Shown here: positions 18,012 through 27,540 of the stretch, piece by piece
Numbering within the stretch: the stretch's first letter is position 1
Layout of the letters: each line of letters starts with the position of its first letter
From: an uncultured Gammaproteobacteria bacterium
Lineage (GTDB): Bacteria > Patescibacteriota > Patescibacteriia > SG8-24
Reading direction: 5' to 3'
Length of the DNA: 64,000 bases
Assembly: GCA_964491475.1 (NCBI GenBank)
Contig: CAZBFO010000001.1
Coordinates: forward strand, 263,538 to 327,537
Notes under the pieces: generated by a model
Told to the model about the DNA's origin: nothing
The model's database searches: none
What the model saw: the letters and a program-made list of their open reading frames with translations, nothing else
Program-made: the position numbers and the translations under genes

Positions 18012-18917
18012 ATGAAACCGTCTGCCAAGCTCGGACTCGTCTTTCTGCTCGCGGTATGCGCCGCGCTGCTTTTCAAGTTCCTGATCGGCGACAGCACCGT
18101 GACCTTGTTCATGCCGCGCGGCACGGTTGCCGCCCACGAACTCCAAGTCTTGCTTCAGCTCGCAGGCATCATGTTGGCGCTCGGCGCACCGATGCTGGTG
18201 CTGTTCTGCGTCTTTGCCTGGAAATACCGCGCCGACAACGCCGAAGCGAAATTCGAGCCGGACCGCATCGCCAGCGGCAGGATGCAGCTGCTGATGTGGC
18301 TCATTCCCGCGCTGTTCGTGGCCGTCATGTGGGGCGTCACCTGGAAGGGGGCGCACAAGCTCGACCCCTTCAAGCCGATTGCTTCCGACAAGCCGCCGAT
18401 CACCATTCAGGTGGTGGCGCTCCGCTGGAAGTGGCTGTTCATCTATCCCGAGCAGCACGTCGCCTCCACCGGCCTGGTGGTATTCCCCGAGGACACCCCG
18501 ATACATTTTGACCTGACCGCCGACGGCCCCATGAGCCTGTTCTGGATCCCGCAGCTGGGCGGCCAGATGGCCGCGATGACCGCGATGAAGACGCAACTGA
18601 ACCTGATTGCGGAGCGCGGCAACTACGACGGAAAGAACACTGAAATCAACGGTCAAGGGTACTCGGACATGGTGTTCGACGCTAAGGCCGTCTCGCGGGA
18701 AGACTTCGACGCCTGGGTGCGGCAAACCAGGATGTCATCGGCCATGCTCGACTCGGACGCCTACGCGAAGCTGGCCGAACCCAGCCGCGACGCCCCGCAA
18801 ATGTACTTTGGCTCGGTCGACCCGGACCTGTTCAGTACCATCATGATGAAAGACAAGCCGGCGACGGCTGATAAAGAACCGGCCCGACCAGAAGCGCCGG
18901 CAATGCACGGCATGTAA
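18012..18917 (+). CDS. cyoA: cytochrome bo3 ubiquinol oxidase subunit II (no CuA site)
   Basis: Two N-terminal TM helices, cupredoxin-like domain without the CxExCGxxH CuA motif; operon context with cyoBCDE. Confidence 0.85.
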   Translation: MKPSAKLGLVFLLAVCAALLFKFLIGDSTVTLFMPRGTVAAHELQVLLQLAGIMLALGAPMLVLFCVFAWKYRADNAEAKFEPDRIASGRMQLLMWLIPALFVAVMWGVTWKGAHKLDPFKPIASDKPPITIQVVALRWKWLFIYPEQHVASTGLVVFPEDTPIHFDLTADGPMSLFWIPQLGGQMAAMTAMKTQLNLIAERGNYDGKNTEINGQGYSDMVFDAKAVSREDFDAWVRQTRMSSAMLDSDAYAKLAEPSRDAPQMYFGSVDPDLFSTIMMKDKPATADKEPARPEAPAMHGM

Positions 18918-18925
18918 CCGCACCT

Positions 18926-20896
18926 ATGGGACACTTTCTCTTCGGCAACATCACCTGGGAGGCCCTTCCGCACCAATGGTTCACCGTCGGCGCCACCGCG
19001 TCGCTGACGCTGATGCTGGGCACCATCGCCGCGCTCATCACCAAGGCCAAGCGCTGGAAATGGCTGTGGCACGAATGGCTCACCTCGACCGACCCCAAGA
19101 AGGTCGGCGTGATGTACATCGTCGTGGCGGCCGCGATGTTCTTCCGCGGGCTGCTCGATGCGGTGATGATCTGGGTGCAGCAGGCCATGTCATCCGGCAG
19201 CTCGCACGGCTACGTGAACTCCGAACATTTTCAGCAGATTTTCACGGCACACGGCGACATCATGGTGTTCTTCGTGGCCACGGCGTTCATCGTCGGCCTG
19301 ATGAACATCGTCATCCCCTTGCAGATCGGCACGCGTGACCTGGCCTTCCCCTTCCTGAACACGCTGGGCTTCTGGCTGTTCGTGGCGGGCGCGGTGCTCA
19401 TCAACATGTTCTTCGTGGTCGGCGGCGAGTTCGCGGCTTCTGGCTGGCTGTCGCTGCCGCCGCTGGCCGAACTGGCCTTCAGCCCAAGCACGGGCACCGA
19501 CTATTGGATTTGGAGCTTGCAGATTTCGGGCGCGGGCAGCCTGCTGGCCGGCATCAACTTCGTGGTGACCATCCTCAAGATGCGCGCCCCGGGCATGACG
19601 CTCATGAAAATGCCGGCCTTCACCTGGACCACGCTGTGCAGCTCGGTGCTGGTGCTTTCCGCCTTTCCGGTGCTGACGGCGGTCACGGCGCTGCTGTGGC
19701 TCGACCGCTATTTCGGCATGCATTTCTTCACCACCGACATGGGCGGCAACCCGATGCTGTACGTCAACCTCATCTGGATGTGGGGTCACCCCGAAGTCTA
19801 CATCTTGGTCATTCCCTCGTTCGGCATCTTCTCCGAAGTCATCTCCACCTTCTCCGGCAAGAAGCTGTTCGGCTACGCCTCGATGGTCTGGGCGGCCGTG
19901 GCCATCACCTCGCTGTCCTATCTGGTGTGGCTGCACCATTTCTTCACCATGGGCGCCGGCGCCGACGTCAATGCCATCTTCGGCATGTCGACCATGCTCA
20001 TCGGCATTCCCTCGGCCGTGCAGATCTTCAACTGGACCATGACCATGTACCGCAGCCGCATCCGCTACGCCTCGGCGCTGTACTGGTTCTTCGGCTTCGT
20101 GGCGCTGTTCGCCTTCGGCGGCATGGCGGGAATGCTGCTGGCCTCCCCCGCTTCCGACTACCAGCTGCACAACACCCTCTTCCTGGTGGCCCACTTCCAC
20201 ACCATGATCGTCGGCGTGGCGCTGTTCGGCCTGTTCTCCGGCATCACCTACTGGGCGCCGAAGGTGCTGGGCTTCACTCTCGACGAAAAGTGGGGCAAGC
20301 GCGCCTTCTGGCTGTGGCTGATCGGCTTTTTGGTGTCGTTCGGCCCGCTCTACGTGCTGGGCTCGATGGGCGCGCCGCGCCGCATGGACCACTACGCCGC
20401 CTCGACCGGCTTCCAGCCGCTGTTCATCGTGGCGGCCATCGGCTGCGTCATCCTGACCGCCGGGGCGGTGGCCCAGGGCTGGCAGTTCGTGGTCAGCATC
20501 AGGAACCGCAAGCAGAACATGGACCGCACCGGCGACCCTTGGAACGGCCGCACCCTGGAGTGGTCCGTCCCCTCACCGCCGCCGTTCTATAACTTCGCCG
20601 TAATTCCCGAGGTCCGCGATCGTGACGCCTGGTGGGACATGAAGCAGCACCCGAGCACCGCGCCAATCCAATACAAGGACATCGAGCTGCCCAAGAACAC
20701 CCCGATGGGCATTTACCTGGCCGGCTTCGCCTTCCTGCTCGGCTTCGCCCTCACCTGGCACATTCATTGGATGGAAATCCTCGGCCTCGCGGGCATCATC
20801 GGCGTGGTCATCGTCCGTTCGTTCGACGAGCACACCGAGTACGTCCTGCCCGCGGCAGAAGTGGAGCGGCTTGAACTGGCACGCAAGAACGTATGA
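18926..20896 (+). CDS. cyoB: cytochrome bo3 ubiquinol oxidase subunit I
   Basis: 656 aa heme-copper oxidase subunit I; WGHPEVY and histidine ligand pattern. Confidence 0.9.
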   Translation: MGHFLFGNITWEALPHQWFTVGATASLTLMLGTIAALITKAKRWKWLWHEWLTSTDPKKVGVMYIVVAAAMFFRGLLDAVMIWVQQAMSSGSSHGYVNSEHFQQIFTAHGDIMVFFVATAFIVGLMNIVIPLQIGTRDLAFPFLNTLGFWLFVAGAVLINMFFVVGGEFAASGWLSLPPLAELAFSPSTGTDYWIWSLQISGAGSLLAGINFVVTILKMRAPGMTLMKMPAFTWTTLCSSVLVLSAFPVLTAVTALLWLDRYFGMHFFTTDMGGNPMLYVNLIWMWGHPEVYILVIPSFGIFSEVISTFSGKKLFGYASMVWAAVAITSLSYLVWLHHFFTMGAGADVNAIFGMSTMLIGIPSAVQIFNWTMTMYRSRIRYASALYWFFGFVALFAFGGMAGMLLASPASDYQLHNTLFLVAHFHTMIVGVALFGLFSGITYWAPKVLGFTLDEKWGKRAFWLWLIGFLVSFGPLYVLGSMGAPRRMDHYAASTGFQPLFIVAAIGCVILTAGAVAQGWQFVVSIRNRKQNMDRTGDPWNGRTLEWSVPSPPPFYNFAVIPEVRDRDAWWDMKQHPSTAPIQYKDIELPKNTPMGIYLAGFAFLLGFALTWHIHWMEILGLAGIIGVVIVRSFDEHTEYVLPAAEVERLELARKNV

Positions 20897-21474
20897 GCAC
20901 CCATCACGAGGAAGCAGCCAAGGAACGCGTCGTGTTCGGCCTGTGGGTCTACCTGATGACCGACCTGGTGGTGTTCGCGTCGCTGTTCGGCGCGTACGCG
21001 GTGCTGCATAACGCCACCGCCGGCGGCCCGACCGGCAAGGAAATCTTCAGCATGCCGGCGGTGCTGGCCGAAACGCTCATTCTTTTGGCGAGCAGTTTCA
21101 CGAGCAGCCTGGCGATGCTGGCCGTGAGCGGCAAGGACGTGCGAAAGACGCTGCTCTGGTTCGGCGCCACCTTCCTGCTCGGCTGCGCCTTCCTCGGATT
21201 CGAACTGCAGGAGTTCTCCGCGCTCATCCGCGAAGGCAACGGGCCGCAGCGCTCGGCGTTCCTCTCCGCGTTCTTCACGCTGGTGGGCACGCACGGGGCG
21301 CACATCTTCACCGGCCTGCTCTGGATGGCCGTGTCGATGGTGCAGGTCAGGAAATTCGGCCTGTCCGCGTTCGTGTCCTCCAAGCTGGAGCGGTTGAGCC
21401 TGTTCTGGCACTTCCTGGACCTGGTCTGGATCTTCATCTTCACGGTGGTCTACCTGATGGGCCACGCCGCCTAG
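20893..21474 (+). CDS. cyoC: cytochrome bo3 ubiquinol oxidase subunit III
   Basis: 193 aa, 5-TM subunit-III-like, ATGA overlap with cyoB. Confidence 0.85.
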   Translation: MSTHHEEAAKERVVFGLWVYLMTDLVVFASLFGAYAVLHNATAGGPTGKEIFSMPAVLAETLILLASSFTSSLAMLAVSGKDVRKTLLWFGATFLLGCAFLGFELQEFSALIREGNGPQRSAFLSAFFTLVGTHGAHIFTGLLWMAVSMVQVRKFGLSAFVSSKLERLSLFWHFLDLVWIFIFTVVYLMGHAA

Positions 21475-21485
21475 CGCCTCTCCAT

Positions 21486-21824
21486 ATGAAAAGCGCAACT
21501 CTCAAAAGCTACTCCGTCGGACTGGTCGCCTCGGTCGGCCTGACCTTGGCCGCATACTTCCTGGTGGTCAATCAGGTGCTTTCCGGCCGCCAACTTACGC
21601 ACGTCATCCTGGCGATGGCCGTGGCGCAGCTGGTGGTGCAGATGGTCTACTTCCTCGGCGCCGAATCGCGCGACCGCTGGAACTTGAGCACGTTCCTGCT
21701 GACGCTGGGCCTGGTGCTGATCGTGGTGGTCGGCTCCCTGTGGATCATGGATCACCTCAACGTGGCCATGTCCGGCTCGCAGCCCAAGATGATGGAATAC
21801 ATCGACAGCCAGCAGGGCTTCTAA
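21486..21824 (+). CDS. cyoD: cytochrome bo3 ubiquinol oxidase subunit IV
   Basis: 112 aa, 3 TM, position in operon. Confidence 0.75.
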   Translation: MKSATLKSYSVGLVASVGLTLAAYFLVVNQVLSGRQLTHVILAMAVAQLVVQMVYFLGAESRDRWNLSTFLLTLGLVLIVVVGSLWIMDHLNVAMSGSQPKMMEYIDSQQGF

Positions 21825-21835
21825 ACGCGAACCGG

Positions 21836-22708
21836 ATGTCTTTCAAGAACTACTACCGCCTTGCCAAGCCCGGCATCGTCTACGGCAACCTGGTTCCGGT
21901 CATCGGCGCCTTCCTCCTGGCGTCGCACGGGCAGGTGCGCCCCGTCACTTTCACGGCCACGCTCGCGGGCATCGCGCTGCTGATGGGCTCGTCGTGCGTG
22001 TTCAACAACGTCATCGACCGCGACATCGACGCCAAGATGAACCGCACCAAGAACCGCGCCACCGTCACAGGGCAGATTTCGGTTCGCGCGGCGCTGCTGT
22101 ACGGCACCGTCCTCGGCGCCGTCGGCCTGGCCTTGCTTTTGCCGTACGCCAACTTCACCGCCGCCGCAGTCGGCGCCGTCGGCTTTTTCTTTTACGTGGT
22201 GCTGTACAGCATGTGGGCCAAGCGCCATACCGTCTGGGCTACCGAAATCGGCAGCGTCGCCGGGGCCGTGCCGCCGGTGGTAGGCTACGTGGCCGTCACC
22301 GACCGTCTCGACCTGGCCGCCGTGCTCCTGTTCGCCCTGATGGTCGCCTGGCAGATGCCCCACTTTTACGGCATCGCCATCCGCCTCGCCGACGACTACG
22401 CGGCCGCCAAAATCCCCGCCCTGCCACTCGCGCGCGGCCTGCGTGCCGCCAAGGTGCGGATGACCGGCTATATCGTCGCCTTCATCGTCGCTGCTTCCCT
22501 GCTGACGGTGCTCGGCTACACCGGCTACGTCTACCTGGCCGTAGTGCTGCTGTTCGGCCTGGCTTGGCTGCGCCTGTGCCTGCTGGGGTTCAGCATTCCC
22601 GATCAGGACAAGGCAAACGCGCCTTGGGCAAGGCGCGTGTTCCTGTTCTCGCTGTGGGTGCTTTTGGCGACGTTCGCCGCCATGGGCCTTTCTCCGTGGC
22701 TGCCCTAA
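21836..22708 (+). CDS. cyoE: protoheme IX farnesyltransferase (heme O synthase)
   Basis: UbiA-family polytopic protein with NxxxDxxxD (NNVIDRDID) motif. Start at the MSFKNYY Met (track ORF starts 32 codons upstream, overlapping cyoD). Confidence 0.85.
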   Translation: MSFKNYYRLAKPGIVYGNLVPVIGAFLLASHGQVRPVTFTATLAGIALLMGSSCVFNNVIDRDIDAKMNRTKNRATVTGQISVRAALLYGTVLGAVGLALLLPYANFTAAAVGAVGFFFYVVLYSMWAKRHTVWATEIGSVAGAVPPVVGYVAVTDRLDLAAVLLFALMVAWQMPHFYGIAIRLADDYAAAKIPALPLARGLRAAKVRMTGYIVAFIVAASLLTVLGYTGYVYLAVVLLFGLAWLRLCLLGFSIPDQDKANAPWARRVFLFSLWVLLATFAAMGLSPWLP

Positions 22709-23415
22709 TAATCCGTGAGCGCGTCGCCGCCGCCGGTGCTCCAGTTCTGGGGAATGACGTATGTGGCCGACAAGCTGCTGCCGGTGTCCGTCGTTTGCGC
22801 TCCTCCTGCCACGGACGCGCCGGCATCCGCGGCTGCGGCGGCCGCATCTGCCGCAGGAGTCGCGTTCGCAGCCGCAGCTGCGTCCGACGTCGCCGCCGCA
22901 GCCGTCTCCGGCAAAGTGCCGACCGGAATCTGCGCGAGATCGGCATTGGTGATGCCCAAGCTCAAGTAGCGCATGATCGCGTACGCGGCAGAGCCGTCAG
23001 CCATGTAGATGATGCGGCACTTTCCGGGATCGACGTACCAGGCTTCGCCGCGCTTCTGCACCTGCAGCAGGATTTTGCCCCGCAGACCGGCAGCGAAGGC
23101 GTTGCCGGCGCAAATCGAAGCCGACGCCTTCATGTCGGCCGTCGTCGCGACGGACGGCATCTTGGCAAGATCCGCATCGGTGATGCCCAAGCTGAACTTG
23201 CGCATCATCTGATACGCCGTGGCACCGTCCTTCATGTAGTAGCGCTTGCCGTCGGTCGGAACGACGTACCAGGCTTCGCCCCTGCTTTGGACCTGAAGCA
23301 GGATATGCCCCTTGAGCCTGTCGGCAAGGGTCTGCGCGGGTGCGGCGGCAACCATGACCGTCGGCAACGCCAGCAGCAGAGCGGCGAAAGCGATTTTGAG
23401 AAGTCTCCGTGGCAT
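22705..23415 (-). CDS. secreted protein with two tandem about 65-aa repeats (GxILLQVQxRGEAWYVxP...YMxDGxxAYxxMRxxSLGITxADLAxxP) and Ala/Thr-rich tail
   Basis: Signal peptide MPRRLLKIAFAALLLALPTVMVAAAPA; internal duplication visible in the protein. Confidence 0.65.
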   Translation of the reverse strand: MPRRLLKIAFAALLLALPTVMVAAAPAQTLADRLKGHILLQVQSRGEAWYVVPTDGKRYYMKDGATAYQMMRKFSLGITDADLAKMPSVATTADMKASASICAGNAFAAGLRGKILLQVQKRGEAWYVDPGKCRIIYMADGSAAYAIMRYLSLGITNADLAQIPVGTLPETAAAATSDAAAAANATPAADAAAAAADAGASVAGGAQTTDTGSSLSATYVIPQNWSTGGGDALTDY

Positions 23416-23461
23416 ACGCCGTCAGTATAGCGCAAAACGCCCCTAGCCGTCAGCCGCAACG

Positions 23462-25057
23462 TCAGGCCGCGGGCAGAGAGAAGCAGAATGTCGAACCCTT
23501 GTTCCTTCCCTTGGAAACGAAAGTGATTTTGGCCTTGTGCGCGTCCAGGATGTGCTTGACGATGAACAGGCCCAGTCCCGAGCCGCCAGTGTCCAGTCGG
23601 ACCGCCTCCATGCCCCTGGAAAAGACCTCGAACAGGCGGCTCTTCTCGACATCCGTCATGCCGATGCCGGTGTCCTTCACCTGCACGGCGACCTGGTCGC
23701 CCTCCTTGCGCAAGCTCAAGCACACCTGCCCTTCCTTGGTGTATTTGATGGAGTTGTCGAGCAGGTTCATGATGACGTGAAAGATCTTTCCTTCGTCGCA
23801 GGTGACGTGCGGCAGGTCGGCGGGGATGACGGCGACGACCTTAATGCCTTTCTTCCGCCCCAGCGGCTCCAGCTCGGCGACGGCCTGCTTGGCCAGCTTG
23901 GCGAGTTCCACCTCGCTCAACAGCAGCTCCAGCTTGCCCAACTGGATCTTGGCCGCGTCGAGGAACGTGTCGATGGTCGATTCGAGGAGGTTGAGCGCCT
24001 GAATGTTGGTGTCGAGGATTCGCACCTGGTCCTTGCTGACCCTGCCGAAATTCCCTTCCTTGAACATCTCCAGGTACATCCGGACGCCGGAAACGGGAGC
24101 GCGCATCTGGTGCGACGCCAGGGAAACGAAGCGCGACTTGAGCCGGTCCGCCTCGATCAGGTTCTTGTTCAGCTTGAGCGCGTGCTCGTTGAGCATCTGC
24201 ACCTGCTGCATGCGCCGCACTTCGTCGATGAGGGTGCGGGTGATCAGCGCCGTGTACAGCATCAGGATGATCATCATCACCGCGCGCAGCGTAAAGTCGA
24301 TCTGCGCCTGGGTGATGACGATGTTCAGCAGGACGACGAACAAGGTGATGACCATGAACAGCTGCGGTCCAAGCAGGCGCACCCGAGCGATGAAGTTCTT
24401 GTCGATGACCGAAGTGGCCATCACGCCCATGCCCACCACCAGGCAGACGTTGGCGAGCAAAATCGAGTTCGGCTCGTCCGTGAAGCGCGTGCCGTACAGC
24501 ACGCCGAACACGGCGTCAAAGGCGATGATGGCACCCAGGAGCACGTAGATGAGGTTGTTGCTGTCCTTGACCCCTCCGCGCCGCGATCCGCGAAACACGA
24601 CCGCGAACGAGGCGATCAGCAGCACGGCCAGATGGACGGCAAACAGGTTCTGCCCCGTTTCTGCGACCACCTGGTTGCCCATCACGTCGGCCACCACGGC
24701 GTCGGAAAGGTAGGCGACGCCGAACAGAAATACGTTGGGCAGCGCCATCAGCGCCTGCGCCCACAGGGGCGGAAACTTTCCGCGAACGAAAGTGCTGACG
24801 AACACCAGGAAAAGCAGCGGGATGAGCGACCCCAGGAAGAAGATGGTGCGCAGCCAGAAAATCTTCCCGCTGACGTCTTCCGCGTTCCTCCACAGCCCCA
24901 ACGCGAACATCCACGAAGAAACGACAAGGAGCAGCGTGCCGAAGGCGACGTTGCGTGCGTCATGGCGCCGCTCATAATACACCCAGATGCCAAGCGCAAA
25001 AGTGATCAGCGCCGCGAGCAGCGTATTGTGCGCGATGACGAAAGAGAGCGGATCCAT
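23462..25057 (-). CDS. sensor histidine kinase with about 8 N-terminal TM helices (intramembrane sensing)
   Basis: H-box SLASHQMRAPV, HATPase_c motifs (NLLDNSIKYT, DTGIGM, GGSGLGL); hydrophobic N-terminal 270 aa. Confidence 0.85.
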   Translation of the reverse strand: MDPLSFVIAHNTLLAALITFALGIWVYYERRHDARNVAFGTLLLVVSSWMFALGLWRNAEDVSGKIFWLRTIFFLGSLIPLLFLVFVSTFVRGKFPPLWAQALMALPNVFLFGVAYLSDAVVADVMGNQVVAETGQNLFAVHLAVLLIASFAVVFRGSRRGGVKDSNNLIYVLLGAIIAFDAVFGVLYGTRFTDEPNSILLANVCLVVGMGVMATSVIDKNFIARVRLLGPQLFMVITLFVVLLNIVITQAQIDFTLRAVMMIILMLYTALITRTLIDEVRRMQQVQMLNEHALKLNKNLIEADRLKSRFVSLASHQMRAPVSGVRMYLEMFKEGNFGRVSKDQVRILDTNIQALNLLESTIDTFLDAAKIQLGKLELLLSEVELAKLAKQAVAELEPLGRKKGIKVVAVIPADLPHVTCDEGKIFHVIMNLLDNSIKYTKEGQVCLSLRKEGDQVAVQVKDTGIGMTDVEKSRLFEVFSRGMEAVRLDTGGSGLGLFIVKHILDAHKAKITFVSKGRNKGSTFCFSLPAA

Positions 25058-25082
25058 AACTGCAGCGTCTTACCCGGACGTT

Positions 25083-25541
25083 TTACTTCTTTTTTGCCGA
25101 CCCTGACTTCTTCGCGGGTTTCCGCGCGGGCTTCTTGGTCGTCCTGCTCTTGCTCAACACCTGCTCGATGGTGGCGATGGCATCAGAGGGAATCACCTTG
25201 GTCTTGGCCAAGTACGCCGCCGCCCCGTCGGCCAGCCCCTTCTCGACGTCGGCCGGCTGCGACATGCCGGTGAGCATGATGACCGGAACGGCCTGGGTCT
25301 TTGCCGAGGACTTGAGCTGCGACAGCGTCTCAAAACCGTCCATTTCCGGCATCACCACGTCGAGAAGCACCAGGTCGTACTTGAGGGTCCCCGCCTCCTT
25401 TAGCCCCTCCCTGCCGTTACGGGCGTAGGTCACCGAATAACCGGCGCGCGTGAGCATTTCGCCATATAGACCGCTGATAAAGACGTCGTCGTCGACCACC
25501 AGGATATTGGCTTTTTGGGGCTGGATGGGGATTTCCTTCAT
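25083..25541 (-). CDS. single-domain (REC-only) response regulator with Lys-rich C-terminal tail
   Basis: ILVVDDD, conserved D/T/K receiver residues, tail KKPARKPAKKSGSAKKK. Start set at the MKEIP Met, preceded by TGCTATACT 12 nt upstream. Confidence 0.8.
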   Translation of the reverse strand: MKEIPIQPQKANILVVDDDVFISGLYGEMLTRAGYSVTYARNGREGLKEAGTLKYDLVLLDVVMPEMDGFETLSQLKSSAKTQAVPVIMLTGMSQPADVEKGLADGAAAYLAKTKVIPSDAIATIEQVLSKSRTTKKPARKPAKKSGSAKKK

Positions 25542-25552
25542 AGGAATGTCGT

Positions 25553-25561
25553 GAGTATAGC
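25553..25561 (-). promoter_or_regulatory. extended -10 box TGCTATACT upstream of the response regulator
   Basis: Read on the minus strand; 12 nt before ATG. Confidence 0.4.
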
Positions 25562-25656
25562 ACGAAACCGGCGAAGCCGGGCGTACCTGCCAGCACGGCC
25601 TTCTTATGCCACGCGCACCTACTTGCACTGCGGCACCAGATCAACCCTGAAGCGCG

Positions 25657-25995
25657 CTACGCCTGGCTGGCGGCCAAAAACGCGATGATCAAAAACGTCA
25701 GGCAGGCAAAGGCCCCGACGGTCCAGCCGAGCATCTGCAAGGCCTCTTTTTTCTTTCCGTCCACGTACAGCATGACCGGCTTGCCGAAGATGAGCGATGC
25801 CATCACCGTCGCCGAGAGGACGAACAGCGACAGGAACATCATCGGTATGACGACATTCGGTTCGCCGACATTTCCGAATATGCGTGCGGTATTCGAAAAG
25901 AACAGGGCGATGAGCACTATGTAGGCAATGGCGGCAAGAGCGTTCAGGACTCCCCTTTTGGCGACGATTTTTTGATCGTTATGGCGAAAAAACAT
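25657..25995 (-). CDS. hypothetical small membrane protein
   Basis: 3 predicted TM helices. Start chosen at MFFRHNDQK to avoid overlap with the upstream lipoprotein gene; the track ORF extends to 26049. Confidence 0.45.
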   Translation of the reverse strand: MFFRHNDQKIVAKRGVLNALAAIAYIVLIALFFSNTARIFGNVGEPNVVIPMMFLSLFVLSATVMASLIFGKPVMLYVDGKKKEALQMLGWTVGAFACLTFLIIAFLAASQA

Positions 25996-26020
25996 GGCTT
26001 TGGGGCTTACGCTTGAAAAA

Positions 26021-26554
26021 CTATTTGCAAGTGAACGTCGCGTCGACATTGACGGTCGGATCGGTCGTCAATCCGATGCCGGCGATGAATTTGCCCTTGA
26101 CGGTCGCGGTCTTGAGATCGGCTCCCCAAGTGACGGTGGCATCGCCAGCCGCCTCGCTCTGGTGGTAACCATGGTGGGGACTGTTGAGCACGGCGAGTTG
26201 CGTCTGCACGCCCGGGGTGCGCGAGGAGTCGTTGATCGACGAAAGCTGCCAGCCGTCGAAGCTCGCTTGGAACACCGCACCGGTCATCGTCGCCGGATAG
26301 GCGTATCCGCAGTGCGCCGGAAACGTACCGTGCTCGGTTTCTGCGCCAGTGACGGTCACCGTGACCGTAGAGGCCTCGGCAACCGGCGCGGCCGACGGGG
26401 TGGGTGCCGACGTCGGAGCCGGAGCGGGCGCAGGCGCGGGGGCAGGATTCGCCGCGACCGAGCCGCCCTGCGTCGCTGCGCATCCGGCGCCAACGAACAG
26501 CAAGCCGGCGATGCTTACCGAAAACGCGAATGCATGCGAAAAACGTTTTTGCAT
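26021..26554 (-). CDS. hypothetical lipoprotein
   Basis: MQKRFSHAFAFSVSIAGLLFVGAGC lipobox, PAPAPAP linker, then beta-rich domain ending in Cys. Confidence 0.65.
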   Translation of the reverse strand: MQKRFSHAFAFSVSIAGLLFVGAGCAATQGGSVAANPAPAPAPAPAPTSAPTPSAAPVAEASTVTVTVTGAETEHGTFPAHCGYAYPATMTGAVFQASFDGWQLSSINDSSRTPGVQTQLAVLNSPHHGYHQSEAAGDATVTWGADLKTATVKGKFIAGIGLTTDPTVNVDATFTCK

Positions 26555-26631
26555 AGTTGGAGGGTTACTCGCTAAGGATGCCATCATTATTGCACAAAAA
26601 ACGCCGACTTTGAAGGCAGTTAACCGAAGGG

Positions 26632-27267
26632 CTAGGCGCGCCCCCGCAGAAACGCCTGTACCTGCACCGTACCCGTCAGGGGCTTTCCCGCAGGCTCGTA
26701 CGTGGCGATGATGACGCCGGAGGGCGAAATTTTGGCGTCGAGCAGTTTGAATCCGGTCGGTTGCGTACCGTCGGCGAAAAGCCGTTTCCCGCACCCGATG
26801 GTCACCGGGTACGTCCAAACATGCATCTCATCGACGAGGCCATGCCGAAGCAGGGTTTGAATCAGGTTGCCGCTCCCGTGCACCCACAGATCGGGGCCGT
26901 CTTGCCGCTTGAGCTTCTTGATTTCCGCGACGACGTCACCCGTGACGCAGACGGAGTTGTTCCAGGCCGGCTCAAAAGACGCATGCGAAACCACGTATTT
27001 CCTGGTCGAGTTGAATGGAGTCGCGACGGTTTCAATTTCTGGATGGTTCGGCCAATAGCCGGCGAAGATGTCGTAGGTGACCCTGCCGAGCAGGAGTTCG
27101 AACGGAGCGCGCATGAATCCGCTCATGATCGTGCCCGACACGTCGTCCCAGTAGCTCATTGACCAGCCGCCGTAGGCAAAACCGCCGGACCTGTCCTCAT
27201 CGGGATCGCCCGGCGCCTGCATGACGCCGTCCATGGTGACGAATGTGGTGGTAATGATTTTTCGCAT
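26632..27267 (-). CDS. dihydrofolate reductase-like protein (RibD C-terminal domain family)
   Basis: MRKIITTTFVTMDGV...W.. N-terminus and overall YwjB/YyaP-like pattern. Confidence 0.8.
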   Translation of the reverse strand: MRKIITTTFVTMDGVMQAPGDPDEDRSGGFAYGGWSMSYWDDVSGTIMSGFMRAPFELLLGRVTYDIFAGYWPNHPEIETVATPFNSTRKYVVSHASFEPAWNNSVCVTGDVVAEIKKLKRQDGPDLWVHGSGNLIQTLLRHGLVDEMHVWTYPVTIGCGKRLFADGTQPTGFKLLDAKISPSGVIIATYEPAGKPLTGTVQVQAFLRGRA

Positions 27268-27440
27268 AGAATTGAATAGGATTACTCGGCTTCCTCATCC
27301 ATTCGCCGGCATGGATTTCGCGGGCACGGGATACCAATCTGGCAGCTTTTGACCGACGGTATTGTCATAAGGCCGCGAGCCCATTGGCTTGGGCTTGAGT
27401 CAGATTTTGAATTGATGACAACCCCCATAGCATACCAAAA

Positions 27441-27466
27441 CCCGAACCTTTCGGCTCGGGTTTTCG
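27441..27466. terminator. bidirectional hairpin terminator just 3' of tRNA-Gln
   Basis: cccgaacc-tttc-ggctcggg hairpin flanked by AAAA and TTTT. Confidence 0.5.
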
Positions 27467-27540
27467 TGGCTGCGGGACTAGGACTCGAACCTAGATAAGC
27501 AGATTCAGAGTCTGCTGTCCTACCATTAGACGATCCCGCA
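27467..27540 (-). tRNA. tRNA-Gln (anticodon CUG)
   Basis: Hand-folded: 7-bp acceptor stem TGCGGGA/TCCCGCA, anticodon stem-loop GCAGA-CTCTGAA-TCTGC, T-arm CTAGG-TTCGAGT-CCTAG, discriminator G plus encoded CCA. Confidence 0.8.

Noticed and set aside
23537-25273. 578-aa plus-strand ORF
   Set aside because: Antisense to the histidine kinase and response regulator, which carry clear H-box, HATPase and REC motifs on the minus strand.
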